From NCBI RefSeq assembly GCF_006345805.1, contig NC_043015.1, positions 36,642,001 through 36,706,000 on the forward strand: DNA of 64,000 nucleotides, read 5' to 3'. Under the pieces are notes generated by a model that worked only from the letters and a program-made list of their open reading frames with translations, ran no database searches and had not been told where the DNA came from. A program made the translations under genes and the position numbers. Positions 36,652 through 50,290 of the stretch are shown here, in pieces. This stretch comes from Octopus sinensis. Taxonomy: Eukaryota. Every line of letters starts with the position of its first letter. The stretch's first letter is position 1.

Positions 36652-37037
36652 CTGTAAACATATCATATTCCCCGTCTCTCGGAGTTTCGATGTTTCTACA
36701 TCGTTTTGAAGCGCATATACCCGACACATATGCCCACCTCCACCCTACATGCCCACTCACATACAATGCTGTTCAGCTAAAGCACATAGTCTGTGTGTGC
36801 GTTTTTTTTACTAAAATTTCGGATACATTAGGGCGAATCACAAAATTTTCAGAAAACAACCCCAAAGAAATTCATGCTGTTAGTTAAACGTTTTTGGCTT
36901 ATTCGATATGTTGGAAAGAGTTTTTTGGCAGATGGTAGATAGGGTCTGTTTTTGTCCCTAGGCTTTTAGGCTGGCAGCTAATGTATCTGAGTGTCAGCTA
37001 ATTTTATAAGGAATATGGAGCATAAAGAATCATTATG

Positions 37038-38255
37038 ATCATCATCATCATCAAGCGCCCTTAACTGACGCAGCCTCTCATTGGTATGTCATTCAGGACG
37101 CTTTCGTAGTCAGGCGTTCCACTGGTCTCTCTTCTCTGTAATGCTCAGCAAGTTCCCAGTATCCTAACTTGTCAAACCAAGTGTTTTCCCGTTTCCCTCA
37201 CTCAAATTTACATCGAGAAATGGTTTTGGACAGAGAAATAACAAGTTACCTGACCATACAAAGCATGCTTTCGTATTTTTAGCTATGCTATGCGTTTTAC
37301 CTCTCTGTCAGTGTATTTACTGATTGCTTTCTCAAAAATCTGTTCCTTTAGAGCTCTGTATACGGGTTCTGTAACAACCTTCTGAAGAAGCACTTCTGCT
37401 CAAATGCCTAGATTCTTCGATCTATGTGTGCTAGTTCTCACACCTATACATTAAGACCGATGACATTAGGGAACTGTGCTCCCTGAATCTTGTTGGAAAA
37501 CTAATAGAATTGCTTGTTTATATAGCGTTCAGCTCCGGTATGTATAACAGATGTAAAGGGAAGGTAGAAGAAATCCTTACAGAAAACAGGCAGCGTTCAT
37601 GCCCAAAAGGTCGACAGTGGAGCAGACAATTAACTTCAGGCTGCCTCCTTAACAAACGTCTGTAACACCAATCTGGCCTCTGTTACAAAGTCCTCGACTT
37701 TTCAAAAGAGCGTTTGACCGTATTTGGCACAAAGGGATGTGGCAGCAGGTGATGAAAATTTACAACTTCGGCAACTCATCGAAGAGATTCAACCCTGAAT
37801 CAAAACTCAAGCAGTTTTGAACAACAATATCTGAGAATTCTTCAGGGCAACAGAGTGTGTTGGACAAGGATGTATCCTCACTCCATCGATGTTCACTATC
37901 TTCCTGGAGAGTGTCACGCAGGAGACATTTCAAATCTCCACCCATCCGTTTCTTTTGGAGGACGGCCTATTTCCATCCTGCGATTTGTTGGCGATATTGA
38001 TTTGTTAGGAAGCGGAGAAGCAAAACAACCTGCGTTCACCACCAGACTGGAAAGAGCATCTAGGAACATAGGGGATGGAGATAGGCCGAGAAAAGGACAA
38101 TATTTGGGTTAATAGCAACAAACACATGAATAGATGAAGTTATGATAAAGTGGAAACCGTTAAGTATTTGGATCCACTTTGGCTAAAGATATCTGATCTC
38201 AAAATGAGACTCATTTAGCCCCTGCTGCCATGACAACGATTGAAGAACAGCAAAA
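37038..38255 (-). mobile_element. RTE-clade LINE with inverted 5' segment
   Basis: 37038-37470 on minus is the 3' end (SLMSSVLMYRCEN, RRI*AFEQKC, (ATG)n tail). About 37495-38255 on plus is RT (DFSK/AFDRIWH, VGQGCILTP, LRFVGDIDLL). Confidence 0.9.
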
Positions 38256-38314
<59 letters not shown>

Positions 38315-38711
38315 AGTGTATATATATATATATATATAATATATATAGGAAATAGTATAATAAAAACATTCAAACCAAACACTGTTTTAAGCTTATTCAG
38401 TTGGTATAGTATTCCATAAACATTCACTCAAATTCGCAACTATATATATATGTGTGTGTGTTTATATATGCAGCGTTTCCTTATTTTCCTCCATCGGGCG
38501 ATAACTGAATTATGCATAAATCTATGGCTTTGTAAGTTCTTTCAGAGTTGCCTCTCTTAGGTACATCGCATTTACAGGAGCCAAGAAGCTTGAAGCGTCG
38601 ATGTCTGGGATTGCTCATACATGGCGACGCTGAACGAACTGGGTATTTTCATAATTATTTCATATAAGAGAGATGTGTTCTCCACGCTAACTGCATATAT
38701 GTATGTACGTT

Positions 38712-38743
<32 letters not shown>

Positions 38744-38753
<10 letters not shown>

Positions 38754-38988
38754 TAAATTAGAGATAAAACCACTATTAGGCAAATCATACAATGAAAAAA
38801 TTAAGCCAATACATAAGATTAATTAATATATATTATTTTAAATCAAAATTATTAAAAAAATTATCTTTTTTTAATAATTTTGATATATATTTAAAATAAT
38901 ATAAATTAATTAATCTTATGTATTGACTTAAGTTTTTCATTGTATGATTTGCCTAATAGTGGTTTTATCTCTAATTTAATATAATATA
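38744..38988. repeat. Near-perfect AT-rich fold-back (about 117-bp arms, 5-nt loop) abutting (TA)n
   Basis: 38744-38860 vs 38866-38988: 3 mismatches and one bulge of about 5 nt. Confidence 0.95.
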
Positions 38989-39452
38989 ATATTTTACTTT
39001 AAAATTGGATTCAATCCTAAATCTGATTTTTCCCTGTAAATTTGGATTTATTCCCTAATATTTTATTATACATATATATATATATATACACATAGATACA
39101 CATACATATTTTTACATATACACATATATATTTATATATCCCTTTAAAAGGTTGGCTTATTAGCAATTGGAACATGAAGGCAAAATTAATAGTTAAGTTT
39201 ATCCTTGGGAGTTAAAATCCGCTGATGGGATTTAAGGTATCAACACCAAGATTCGAAATCGCGATACGGCTTCATATGCTAAGGACTTACCTCTCTTTAA
39301 TAGTCATCAAATTAGAGTGATTTGTGGCTTTAAAGTTAATTTAACCCTTATTTTAGCATAAACGGTGCTGACCATCACCCGCCATCACATTTGTTACTTA
39401 TATTTATATATATATATATATGCACACACACACACACACATATGTATGAACG

Positions 39453-39522
<70 letters not shown>

Positions 39523-39889
39523 GTTCATACATATGTGTGGGCGAACACAGACACACACGCACACATATATAATTACAAATGCTCCTCTGTAGGAACGAGA
39601 TCAGTAATTCGAGAAATGATAATATCATTAAAGAATGGTCTGATGTTACGTTTCGATTTTGTTATAATCGATATTCAGACGATCGAACGCAAAGCTGAAA
39701 GTATGCTTTCGATATGAGTGAAAATGGAATGTAAATCTGGGTGAGTACTTGGAAAATATGATATTTTATTGACCCTGGAATGAGGGATGTCGTAGCCGAC
39801 CTCACCGTTTAAATTTAAGGAGCAAAGGGGCATAACTTAATACATGAAAATAGTACCACGTTCTCACAGTTCTGTTACAGACCCGATAT

Positions 39890-40473
39890 TCTTTTCTTCT
39901 CCAGGTATAAGGCTCGAAATTTTTTGGGAGGGGGCCAGTCGATTTGATCGATCCCAGTACGCAACTGGTAACTAATTTATTGACCCCGCAAGGAGGACAG
40001 GCAAAGTCTACCCCTCGGCGGAATCTGAACTCTGAACGTAAAGACAGACGAAATGCCAATTTTTTACTACCCACAAAGGGGCTAAACACAGAGAGAAAAA
40101 CAAGTACAGACAAACGTATTAAGTCGATTATATCGATCCCAGTGCGTAACTGGTACTTATTTAATCGACCCCGAACGGATGAAAGGCAAAGTCGAACTCG
40201 GCGGAATTTGGACTCAGAACGTTGCGACAGACGAATTACCAATTTCTTTACTACCCACAAGAGACTAAACACAGAGATGACAAACAAGGACAGACAAACG
40301 GATTAAGTCAATTGTATCGACCCCAGTGCGTAACTGGTACTTAATTTATCGACCTCGAAAGGATGAAAGGCAAAGTCGACCTCGGCGGAATCTGAACTCA
40401 GAACGTAACAGCAGACGAAATACTTCCAAGCATTTCACCCGGCGTGCTAAAGTTTCTGCCAGCTCGCTGCCTT
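39890..40473 (-). mobile_element. Trimeric family B SINE (one head, three bodies)
   Basis: Units 40473-40244, 40243-40061 and 40060-39890, each with the B-box/GTCGAC-type body; only the first has the head. Confidence 0.92.
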
Positions 40474-41028
40474 ATGAAAGACCCGATGTTATTATAACTG
40501 TTTAATTAATTAAAAAATTAATTCCTTCTACTTCAGTACTCCTTTCCATTACTCTAAACTTAACAGAATACTAAGAAGACTTTCAACGACAAGAGAATTG
40601 GAAATCACAAAAGACAGAACTTTATAATGAGACAGAAAGTTTGTCAGATTTCATAACCATCTTCACCGTTTTGAAATTGTCGACGGAAGAATGAAAACAT
40701 TTAAGAAACCGATTCCATATGAACCACGATTGTCCAGACAGTCTAAGCTGGAGGAAATTTATAAGAATGAAAAAAATAAAAAATAGAAATGAAAATTGAA
40801 AATTTAGAAAGAATCGAAATGATGAAAGTTTTTCTTTGTGGAACTTGCTGCCATTGTCAGCCAAAGAATATATTTGAAATAATATTTTTCGATGTCTTAA
40901 CTAAATGTAATATAGTTCAGATCGTTATCATCATCATCCACACCATCATCATCATCGTCGTCGTCGTCGTAATCACCACCACCACCACACCACCACCACC
41001 ACACACCACCACCACTACCACCACCGCC

Positions 41029-41079
<51 letters not shown>

Positions 41080-41914
41080 GCCGCCGCCTTCGATTTTATC
41101 GTATTTTCTTCTACAAAATATGAAATAGAAAACTAGAAAACAGATAATTTCTTTCTTTGCAGTTTGCAGAATGTCCACAAGGTCTAAAAAGTTTAATAAT
41201 TTTTTAAAAAATGAAATATAATTTGCCAATTCTATGCGACGGTAGAATGGTGGTGGTGGTGATGGTGGTGGTGATGGTGGTGTGGTAGTGGTTGCGGGTT
41301 GGTGGTTGTTGAAAAGTAATTATGAGAAAAAAATAGAAAGTTGTCTTTAAGTTTTGAACAAGTATCGGCAAATATTTAGTCGCAGTACGTATCATACACA
41401 CACAATCGATCATACCTTCACACACACACACACATATGCCCACCTGCATACACGCACAGGCACACATGCGGACGCAAACACACACACACACGCATTTGTA
41501 TATTCAAAGTGAAACTAAGAAACACCAATTTTTATGAGAAAAACCCGCCCCTGCATGCGAGTGTTTGTGATCTTAACTCCCAGAACTCTCATGGGTCCGA
41601 ATCTCATCCAGGCTGTGACCAAGGATACCTCTCTGCTGTCTAAGGATCTGCTATTGTCTACATTGCAGAATTGCAATTTGGTGCTTGATTTTGAAATGTG
41701 ATTGAAGCCAAGTTGTCTGTGTATCCCGTGTCAGATACTTCGTTAACCATATACTGATTGTATCTGGCCCACGAGGAACAAATGTAAGTATGCAGAGATT
41801 GAAAATTTTTAGTGGGACATTGCTTTACGAGAAGCTGTATTTACTTTTTGGATCCCGCTTTTTGACGATTTTTGAAATGTTTCTCTCTGCCAATTTATAA
41901 CAAGACGACACGTT

Positions 41915-41960
<46 letters not shown>

Positions 41961-41963
<3 letters not shown>

Positions 41964-42156
41964 GCATACACGCACAGACAGACTGACAGAGAGAGAGAGA
42001 AGAGGAGAAGAGATGAGCAAGAGAAGGAGTGAGAGAATGAGCTGAAGAGATAACAAGAGAGAGAGACGCATACACGCACAGTCAGACTGACAGAAAGAGA
42101 GAGAGAAGAGGAAGGTGAGGAGGAAAAGGGGAGAGAGAATGAGCTAAAGAGATAAC
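41961..42156. repeat. Tandem duplication of a purine-rich unit, period 104 bp
   Basis: gacgcatacacgcacag.cagactgacaga...gagagaatgagct.aagagataac occurs at 41961 and 42065. Confidence 0.9.
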
Positions 42157-42641
42157 TTGGGAGTGAGAGAGAGAGAGAGAGAGAGAGGGAAGTATACAGC
42201 AAAAGAGAAAGTAAAAATGAAAGTAGAGAGAGAGAGAAAGAGGAAGAGGGCAATATCCGGGATTAAATTGTGCAGAAACATTACAAATCAATTTCAAAAA
42301 ATTCTAATTGTTTTACGGTAATCGATACCAAAGTCTGTGACCTTGTTGCCGCTGCTGTTGTTTTTTTTCTTCTTGATGTTTAGCCACCCGTCAAGTATCA
42401 CTAATTAATTGATTCAAACAGTTGTCAGCTTTTGTTGTTGTTGCTGTTGTTATTGATTATTTCCTTCTAAGTTTTATTTGTAGCAGCGTTGAACCCGAGG
42501 TCGACTTTGATCCCTCCGATCTGAAATCAGTCACCTTCTCATCTTTATATTTCCCCCAAATATTCCATGTCTGTATTCACTATCTATAAGGGAGGGTAGG
42601 GGATTTTTTTCACTGATGGATATCTATAATTCATTGAATAG

Positions 42642-42830
42642 AAGGCGGCGAACTGGCAGACTTGTTAGTAGAGGGGGCTATTTCGTCCGACTCTACGTTC
42701 TGAGTTCAAATTTCGGTGAGGTTGAAAGTGCCTTTCATCCTTCCGCGGTCTATACAATAAGAACTTGTTGAACGACTAGGTCGATGTAGCTGACTTTTTC
42801 TTCCTCTTAATATCCTATGCCAACATTTTA
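42642..42830 (+). mobile_element. SINE family B, degenerate
   Basis: aggcggcgaactggcaga...tacgttctgagttcaaatt...gcctttcatcc. Confidence 0.85.
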
Positions 42831-43591
42831 ATTATTTCTGGAATGAGGTAGCCATCGTAAAGCAATCCCGTTCATGGTTCAGTTACGACCGTTAACATAC
42901 TTCATCGAAATCCTGCCTCCATCAACTTTGCCTTCCATTTTCCCGGTAATGACGAATTAAACACCACTGAACTCGATATGTCTGGATACTACTCTTCTAC
43001 AATATATCCACAATTATTCATTATTCCACGAAGATTGAGCGACGACATAATGTTCCCCGCTTAGCTGTTCATACGTCAACGTAATTAATGGAGCGTTAAA
43101 TAAATACGGGACAGAACTGTCCAAAGAAAATTAGTTCGTTTATCCTTCATGTAGTTATCGTTCGAATACTTCGGATTAGTTGTACTGAGAATGAACAGAG
43201 ATAACATTTAAAATTTCACAAATACCTTGCTTGTTATTGCTAGTTGAATACAATAATGTCTGTAATGATTGTATTATTGGAGAAACCAGTGGACTCTGTC
43301 AAGGTTGCGTTAAAATGCCAGACAAGAGGAAATGATGATGGCTTCTTGGGGTTAAATATTAGTTTATTGGAAAATCACCAAAAGAAATCGATGAATTTAA
43401 TGAGTACAATCACCATTAAGATTCGGAAGAATCTAAAATAAATTTGCTTCTGTTTGATTGTACACCGTGTAAAAAATAAACGAAATAAATCACTGCTTCT
43501 CTGTTTCCCGACTCAGAGACAATGTCATCAGTTGTATGTCCTTGGTCCTGGCAAAAAAAAGAACAAAAAGAAAAAAATAGGAAAAGTATAC

Positions 43592-43744
43592 CTGAGTTGC
43601 TCTGGAAAGTCTCCATTTTTCGGAGTTCGATACGTCTGCTTGAAGCAACGCAGAATCATTGTGAATGGGATTGATCCCTCAGAATACTTCGTTTGACAAA
43701 ATACATTTTGATATTTGATCAGCTCCTTAACTTCTTCAGTTCTG
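43592..43744 (-). CDS. Candidate 153-nt phase 2-2 internal exon, RTEEVKELIKYQNVFCQTKYSEGSIPFTMILRCFKQTYRTPKNGDFPEQL
   Basis: Acceptor cctcctctcatttacag, donor CAG/gtatac, only one open frame, length divisible by 3. No homology recognised. Confidence 0.35.
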
Positions 43745-44560
43745 CTGTAAATGAGAGGAGGCATGAGACACCGTATATTTGTGTATTTAGCTTGAAACAC
43801 AACGGTATTTTATGAATTGTTATCCTGTCGTCAATCATAAAAACGACGACACTTCTCTTTTCAGTATATGTTTGTTTACATTTTGATAAATAAAACTCAG
43901 CCCCTAATATGGGAAGTGTGCAAATTCCGTTTAATTGTTGGTAATGACGAGGAGCGTGAATGTCATTCTCATCGCAAGCGGCGAGGCACCTCGGGATGTT
44001 TGGTTTATCTCCCGTAAAAACATAAGTACGGATATATGTCTGAATATATATTTACAGCTGCTAATAGTGCGTCGACTTGGAGCCCTTTACATGCTTAACA
44101 ATCCGCTGTTATTCACGAGTTTTCTCAGAAATCTCATGATATTATGGTAGAACAACCACTGACATTGAGATTTATACGGTGAACCTCAGTAGGACGTGCG
44201 TAACTTTGAGACACAATCTCAAAACTCGAAAGCTGGCCGTAGATGAATATCTGATTACAAGAACTTCCTGGGAATACTTATGATTTGGTGATGCCCAATA
44301 AATATACGTAAGACATATCTGACATTAATTACTATGTCTGTATCGTGTAAAACACACGAACATGGAACGGTAATTAATGCAGCAATGAGAGTTACTGAAA
44401 AATTCATTGCAGATTTTGTTTGTCAAAGTGAACCAAGACAAACACAGACAGAAGGACATACACACACACATACGTCTACATAAATAAGCATGTCTAGATA
44501 TGCAAGTATATGCATAAGACGACATACATGGCAGAAAACATGAAGTAACATTGATTAATG

Positions 44561-44615
<55 letters not shown>

Positions 44616-45064
44616 AAAACCAACAATGCTATATAACATGCTAATTTCGTCTAGAAGACTTCTGTTGAATGTTGCTTCAAAAAGACTTATTCCTACAAAG
44701 AGAATTTCCATCCGTGACACAACAGAAGTTAAGTGAATATCGCAGAGACCAACAGCTGTCTGCAAGTTATTACAGAACGTTTCATAGTACTGAATGGCGT
44801 CCAAGGTTTCCACAATGTCATTATTGACGCAGCGTATCTATAAAAGAAGTGAATGTCACACAATATCATTTCCGCGCCAGTCTAAAAAAAAATACTGCTA
44901 ATATCTAATATATTTGTATTCACTGTGGAGAGATATCTCAAAGTGTATAGCACCATTTGTAATTTTATATTTCCTCATTTCCTTCCCAAATATAGCTTTT
45001 CTCTATTTTCGCTGTCTCTCCCCTCACGCATATAAATGTGTGTATAAGTGTGAGAGTGTATGTT

Positions 45065-45152
<88 letters not shown>

Positions 45153-45356
45153 GTATGTATGTATGTATGTATGTATATATATACATACATATATATGTAT
45201 ATATATATATGTATATATATATGTATATATGTATGTATGTATATATATACATACATAGATATGTATGTATATATATATATATGTATATATATATGTATGT
45301 ATGTATGTATATATATATATACATATACATATGTATGTATACATATACATATATAC

Positions 45357-45387
<31 letters not shown>

Positions 45388-45551
45388 CATATGTATGTAT
45401 ACATATACATATATACATAATATATATATATATAACATACATATATATGTATACAAATATGTTCATATCCATATTTATGTATATAGATATATTTTTATAC
45501 ATATTCATGTATATAGATATATTTATGTGTATATATTTATATTTGTATGTG

Positions 45552-45610
<59 letters not shown>

Positions 45611-46402
45611 ATCTATTTATATACATACATCCTAGTATATTCATCCTTGAAAATCCTAATTAAGTTAGGTAGCATTATTTTAATCACATTAGTATCACCA
45701 GCACATCACAACATTGGTTTAGCATCACGGTGATGCGATGGTGGTCGTGGGTGGGGACGTCTCCATTTAATCAAAGAGAAGAAGAGGATAAGGAAGAAGA
45801 CCAGTGGAAGGAATGAATGTAGAGAAGGAAGAAGACGAAATAGGAGAGGGGTGTAGAAACTATTGAGAAGCGAGAATATGATGATGAGGTTGAAGGAATG
45901 TAAGGGTGGCGATAATAAAAATAATTAACAATAATAATAATAGCAATAACAATAATAATGATAAAAATAATAATTATAATAATAATAATAATAATGAGAT
46001 GATTCTAGATAGGCATATAATGAATTATCTAGCGACAAAATAAAAACAAACAGCTAGTAAAGGCGTAGATTGATGGGCTAAGAGAGAGGAAGAGGGAGAG
46101 GCAGAGGTGGGTAGAGAGATAGACAGAGTGAATAAGACAGAGAGCAAGATAGAGATAGAGAGGAAAGGACGGAGAGCGATAGAGAAGGAGAGATAAAGAG
46201 AGTGGCAGGGAAAGGGAGAGAAAGAGACATTGGAATGAAAGTAAAAGTTATATATGGAAACTCTACTATTCTCTAAAATTGGAGATACTGTCTTTATTCC
46301 TCGTACATTCCAATGAATGTATTTAAAAAAAGATATATGTGTCTATAAAAGCATCGATATATATATATATACATACCTCTCTTTTGAGATATATTCATCA
46401 GC

Positions 46403-46481
<79 letters not shown>

Positions 46482-46559
46482 AAGAAGGAGAGTGAGAGGC
46501 GGACAGCCACACTGACAGACAGATAATCTTGCTATCCTCCATTTCTTAGTTATCCGAAG

Positions 46560-47150
46560 TTTCCTTGCCATGTACGAGCTGGTTTCTAATAAATATACAA
46601 AGGTCCACAGCCAGAACGTATTTAACAAAGCAACGTCACATTTTTCCCTTGAGATTATCCTGACATATGTTTTACTGCTCTGCTAACAATGTAGATCGTA
46701 ATTTACAAATTAACTGGTGATATATATGGAACACAGAATTGGAGACGCCTGCGGGGCATCTGGAAAGCTAATCATTCGCATCTTTAACAACAAAGACCTG
46801 GACTCAACAACAAAAATTATGGCTTACAATATTGTTGTCATTTCTACGTTGTTATATGACTGCCAAACCTGGACTCCATATCGTCGTGACATCCAAAACC
46901 TTGAAGGCTTTCATCAACAAATGGGAATACTATATGACTAATAATAAAGTGCTGCTATCTACCAACAGTCGCTCATCATGAAACACTGTCTTCGACGGCA
47001 GTGTTCTATCGACACCGGAATCAAAATGATTCGAAGCCACTAGAACAGAGAAGGAACAAAAATCAAACGACAGGAGAGAAAGACTGGACATTATAAATCG
47101 CCATCGAGGGAACGCTCAGCAAAGACGGAAGCAAATTCTTGGATACGAGC
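46560..47150 (+). mobile_element. RTE/BovB-like LINE 3' fragment
   Basis: EHRIGDACGASGKL...TTKIMAYNIVVISTLLYDCQTWTPYRRDIQNLEGFHQQ matches the post-RT TLLYGCETWT region; LIMKHCLR follows. Confidence 0.88.
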
Positions 47151-47973
47151 TAAAGCCGACCAAGTTTGTTCCGTTCGAGACTTATACGTTTCTTATTTGA
47201 AATCAGGTTACGAGATGATTGTTCGTATATTCTCAAAGCGCCGCAGGCCCTTATTTCTAAGACCATTTAGTACCAACGCTAGAAGTGACCCCATATTAAG
47301 ATGTCTAAACCACACTGATACCTGGTAGGCAGCTGACAACTTGATTTGCCCGGTTCTGTAAAATATATTTCCTTTCTACACGTTAATAACACTTCTCCAT
47401 GTTCTGTGTTACTAAATTCGCTTAAGATTCATAGGACAGTACAGGGTCATAGTGTATATGATTCCACGTTAAAGTTATTTAAGGATCATCTATAATTTTT
47501 ACAGGAATATAAAGCTTTCTCTATAATTATGTTACAGCATGACAGTTTCTGCACGTGCGCCAGGAACTCAGTGTATAAATCGAAATAAGTTAAAAGATCC
47601 AGAATAAATAAAAACCTTCTCAGCCAATTATTTTCTCGTTCATCTTAAAGTTTCACGTCGCAAAACACATATTTAAAGTAAATCCGTTTCTGATAACAAT
47701 ATATAATTTATTATGCTAAAGAATATTTTTTCATGCATTCCTTCTCCAATGAATATAACATCATTGATATGATGTCGGTGAGAATAACGTTAAGCATATC
47801 TATCATCATCCAATAGCAAATAAACCAACGTCTCAGGTAGACGCAGGTGTTAATGTCTTATCGAATATATCTACATATACATACATATACACATACAACA
47901 CACACTCACATATACATACACACATATACGTATAAATATGTGTATATATATATACATATATACATATATATAT

Positions 47974-48017
<44 letters not shown>

Positions 48018-48066
48018 GTATGTATATAAAAATGCATATACCTATATATATGTATTAACATAAATA

Positions 48067-48136
<70 letters not shown>

Positions 48137-49207
48137 AATAAATATAAATATATATATATATTCATATAATCGTATGCATACGTGCGTGTGTGCATATATA
48201 TATGCCCTCGTGTAGGTATGTGTAGGCATATGTGTGTGTATGTTTATGTATGTGTACATATGTGTGTGTTATGTGTGTGTGCGTGTACAAAAACGTGGTG
48301 GTCTACAAAATAAGATGGTAGGTTTCAGTTTTCGTTTACACGTAATTCAAAATGTTCTTTTTTACTTCAAGCTAAACTTCATTTTCATTTTCTCTTTCGT
48401 TGCGTCTTCTTTCAGTTATTCTCATTATTTTTAATTCAAATTTTCCATCTTCCTCTTCTTGTCGTTTTGAGGCGCTACATAGCACCTTCTCCTGCCCACT
48501 CCCAGTCACGTCTGCTTCTTTTAGTAATCTTCTAATCTTGAGTCTTCTTCCTGCAGTTGAAAATCAAATCACTTCTTTATGTCTAAGTTTTTCTTTTATC
48601 TGTTTGACTTCCAAATTACCTGTTGTATATTTCAAAAGCTGTATCTCAACTTCTTTAATCTTGTGCTTCTTTCTTCCATTACAATCTTCATTCACGCTCA
48701 TCCAGTCACTGCTCATTATTTCTTCTTTTTTTCTCTATCTCTACATCACACATTTGTCTTCTCTATGGAATTTAACTTCTGTTCTACAATTCGAATATTC
48801 TTCAATTTCGAATTTTCGAATTTTCTATATTATACTCAACATTTTGGTCTGTAATTCTCTCTTCGTTCTCGTCCTGTTAATTTTGGAACTATCTTTCTTT
48901 TTCTTAAATTCCTTCATTTGAAACAGCCTAACCAGTGTTTCTACATATTATTCTACCATATTGCGGCAAGAAACTTTCAAACAGCAAAAAAAAAAAAAGA
49001 TAAAACTACGCGAGTATTGTGCTTATTTATTTATATTGCTGTCTGCTTGGCAATCTGCCTGTGTGTCTAGCTATCTGTCAGTCAATCAATGAATAACTTA
49101 ATCTATCTAAATGTCTGTCTGTCTATCTATCTATCTATCTATATATCTATATATCTGTCTGTCTCTCTACCTACTTACCTATCTATCTGTCTGTCTGTTT
49201 GTCCGTC

Positions 49208-49238
<31 letters not shown>

Positions 49239-49289
49239 GTGTGTATATGCTCAAGTATGCATGTATGTGTGTATGCATGCATGGGTGTC

Positions 49290-49423
49290 TGAGTTATTTT
49301 ATCGATCTCGAAGAAGGAACGGCAAGGTCGACCTCGGTGAAATTTGAACTCAGAATGTAAAAACGAACAGGACGCCGCAAACATTTTCCCCGCATGCTAA
49401 TGATTCTACCAGTTCGCCATATT
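49290..49423 (-). mobile_element. SINE family B, 5' part
   Basis: ggcaaggtcgacctcggtgaaatttgaactcagaatg...gctaatgattctaccagttcgcc. Confidence 0.85.
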
Positions 49424-50089
49424 ACCAATAGAACATTTTCACCAAATGATATCTCGACGAGGGCTAAACGTAGTAGATATACTCATACATAGTCATTGAA
49501 GTGTTGTCATTATTACAAAGTATATTCAAGTATATGCTATCTCGACATACGAATTACTAAATGTAAGTAGCAGTTCAAAATATATCAAGCGTGAAAATAG
49601 TAGTCCAAAAAATGCCTGGTAATTGTAGTTAGAATTGCTAATAGTCCAATATGGATTTACCAAGTTGAAAATGTGCACGGTTTATACCATTGATTGCGTT
49701 TTGTGACTGTTTATTGTTGATCTGTTGTATTAAGCAAAACCACGTCAGAATTTGCATTAATTAGACCGACGGCTTTATATCATTGCAGATGATTTATTTT
49801 CCTCATCTATAAACAATAGCATTTATTATTATTATTTTTTTTTTTTGGTTTAACAACTTTACATTTGGAATATATTATTTATGATTTATTGCTTTATTAT
49901 GTTCACTTAATATTTATTTGAAGTTATGAGCATTTTCTCACGTTAGGCATCTATTTTAAAACATATGCAGTATTTTTGTCTGATCAGTAGAGCATTCAAC
50001 CTTGCACTTGTGAATAAGCATTTGGCCTCAAAAATCCTTTAACGCTTTGTTCGTTTCAACTAATGTCTATCCCGAGGATACGTGGTTTA

Positions 50090-50290
50090 TTTATTCTTTT
50101 CTACTCTAGGCACAAGGCCCGAAATATTTTGGGAGGGGCTCCAGTCGAATAGAGCGAACCCAGCAGGCAACTGGTGTTTAATTTTTCGACCCAGACAGGA
50201 TGGAAGGCAAAGTCGACCTCTGCGGAATTTGAACTCAGAACGTAAAAACAGACCAAATACACTAAGCATTCCGCCCGACGTGCTAAATGT
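50090..50290 (-). mobile_element. SINE family B with alternative tail
   Basis: ttctactctaggcacaaggcccgaaat...ggcaaagtcgacctctgcggaatttgaactcagaacg. Confidence 0.9.

Noticed and set aside
39592-39740. Plus-strand segment with good acceptor and donor
   Set aside because: Stops in all three frames; it illustrates the chance background of splice-like signals.
43505-43535. Minus-strand CTGATGA...GAAA resembling a hammerhead
   Set aside because: No stem I, II or III pairing.
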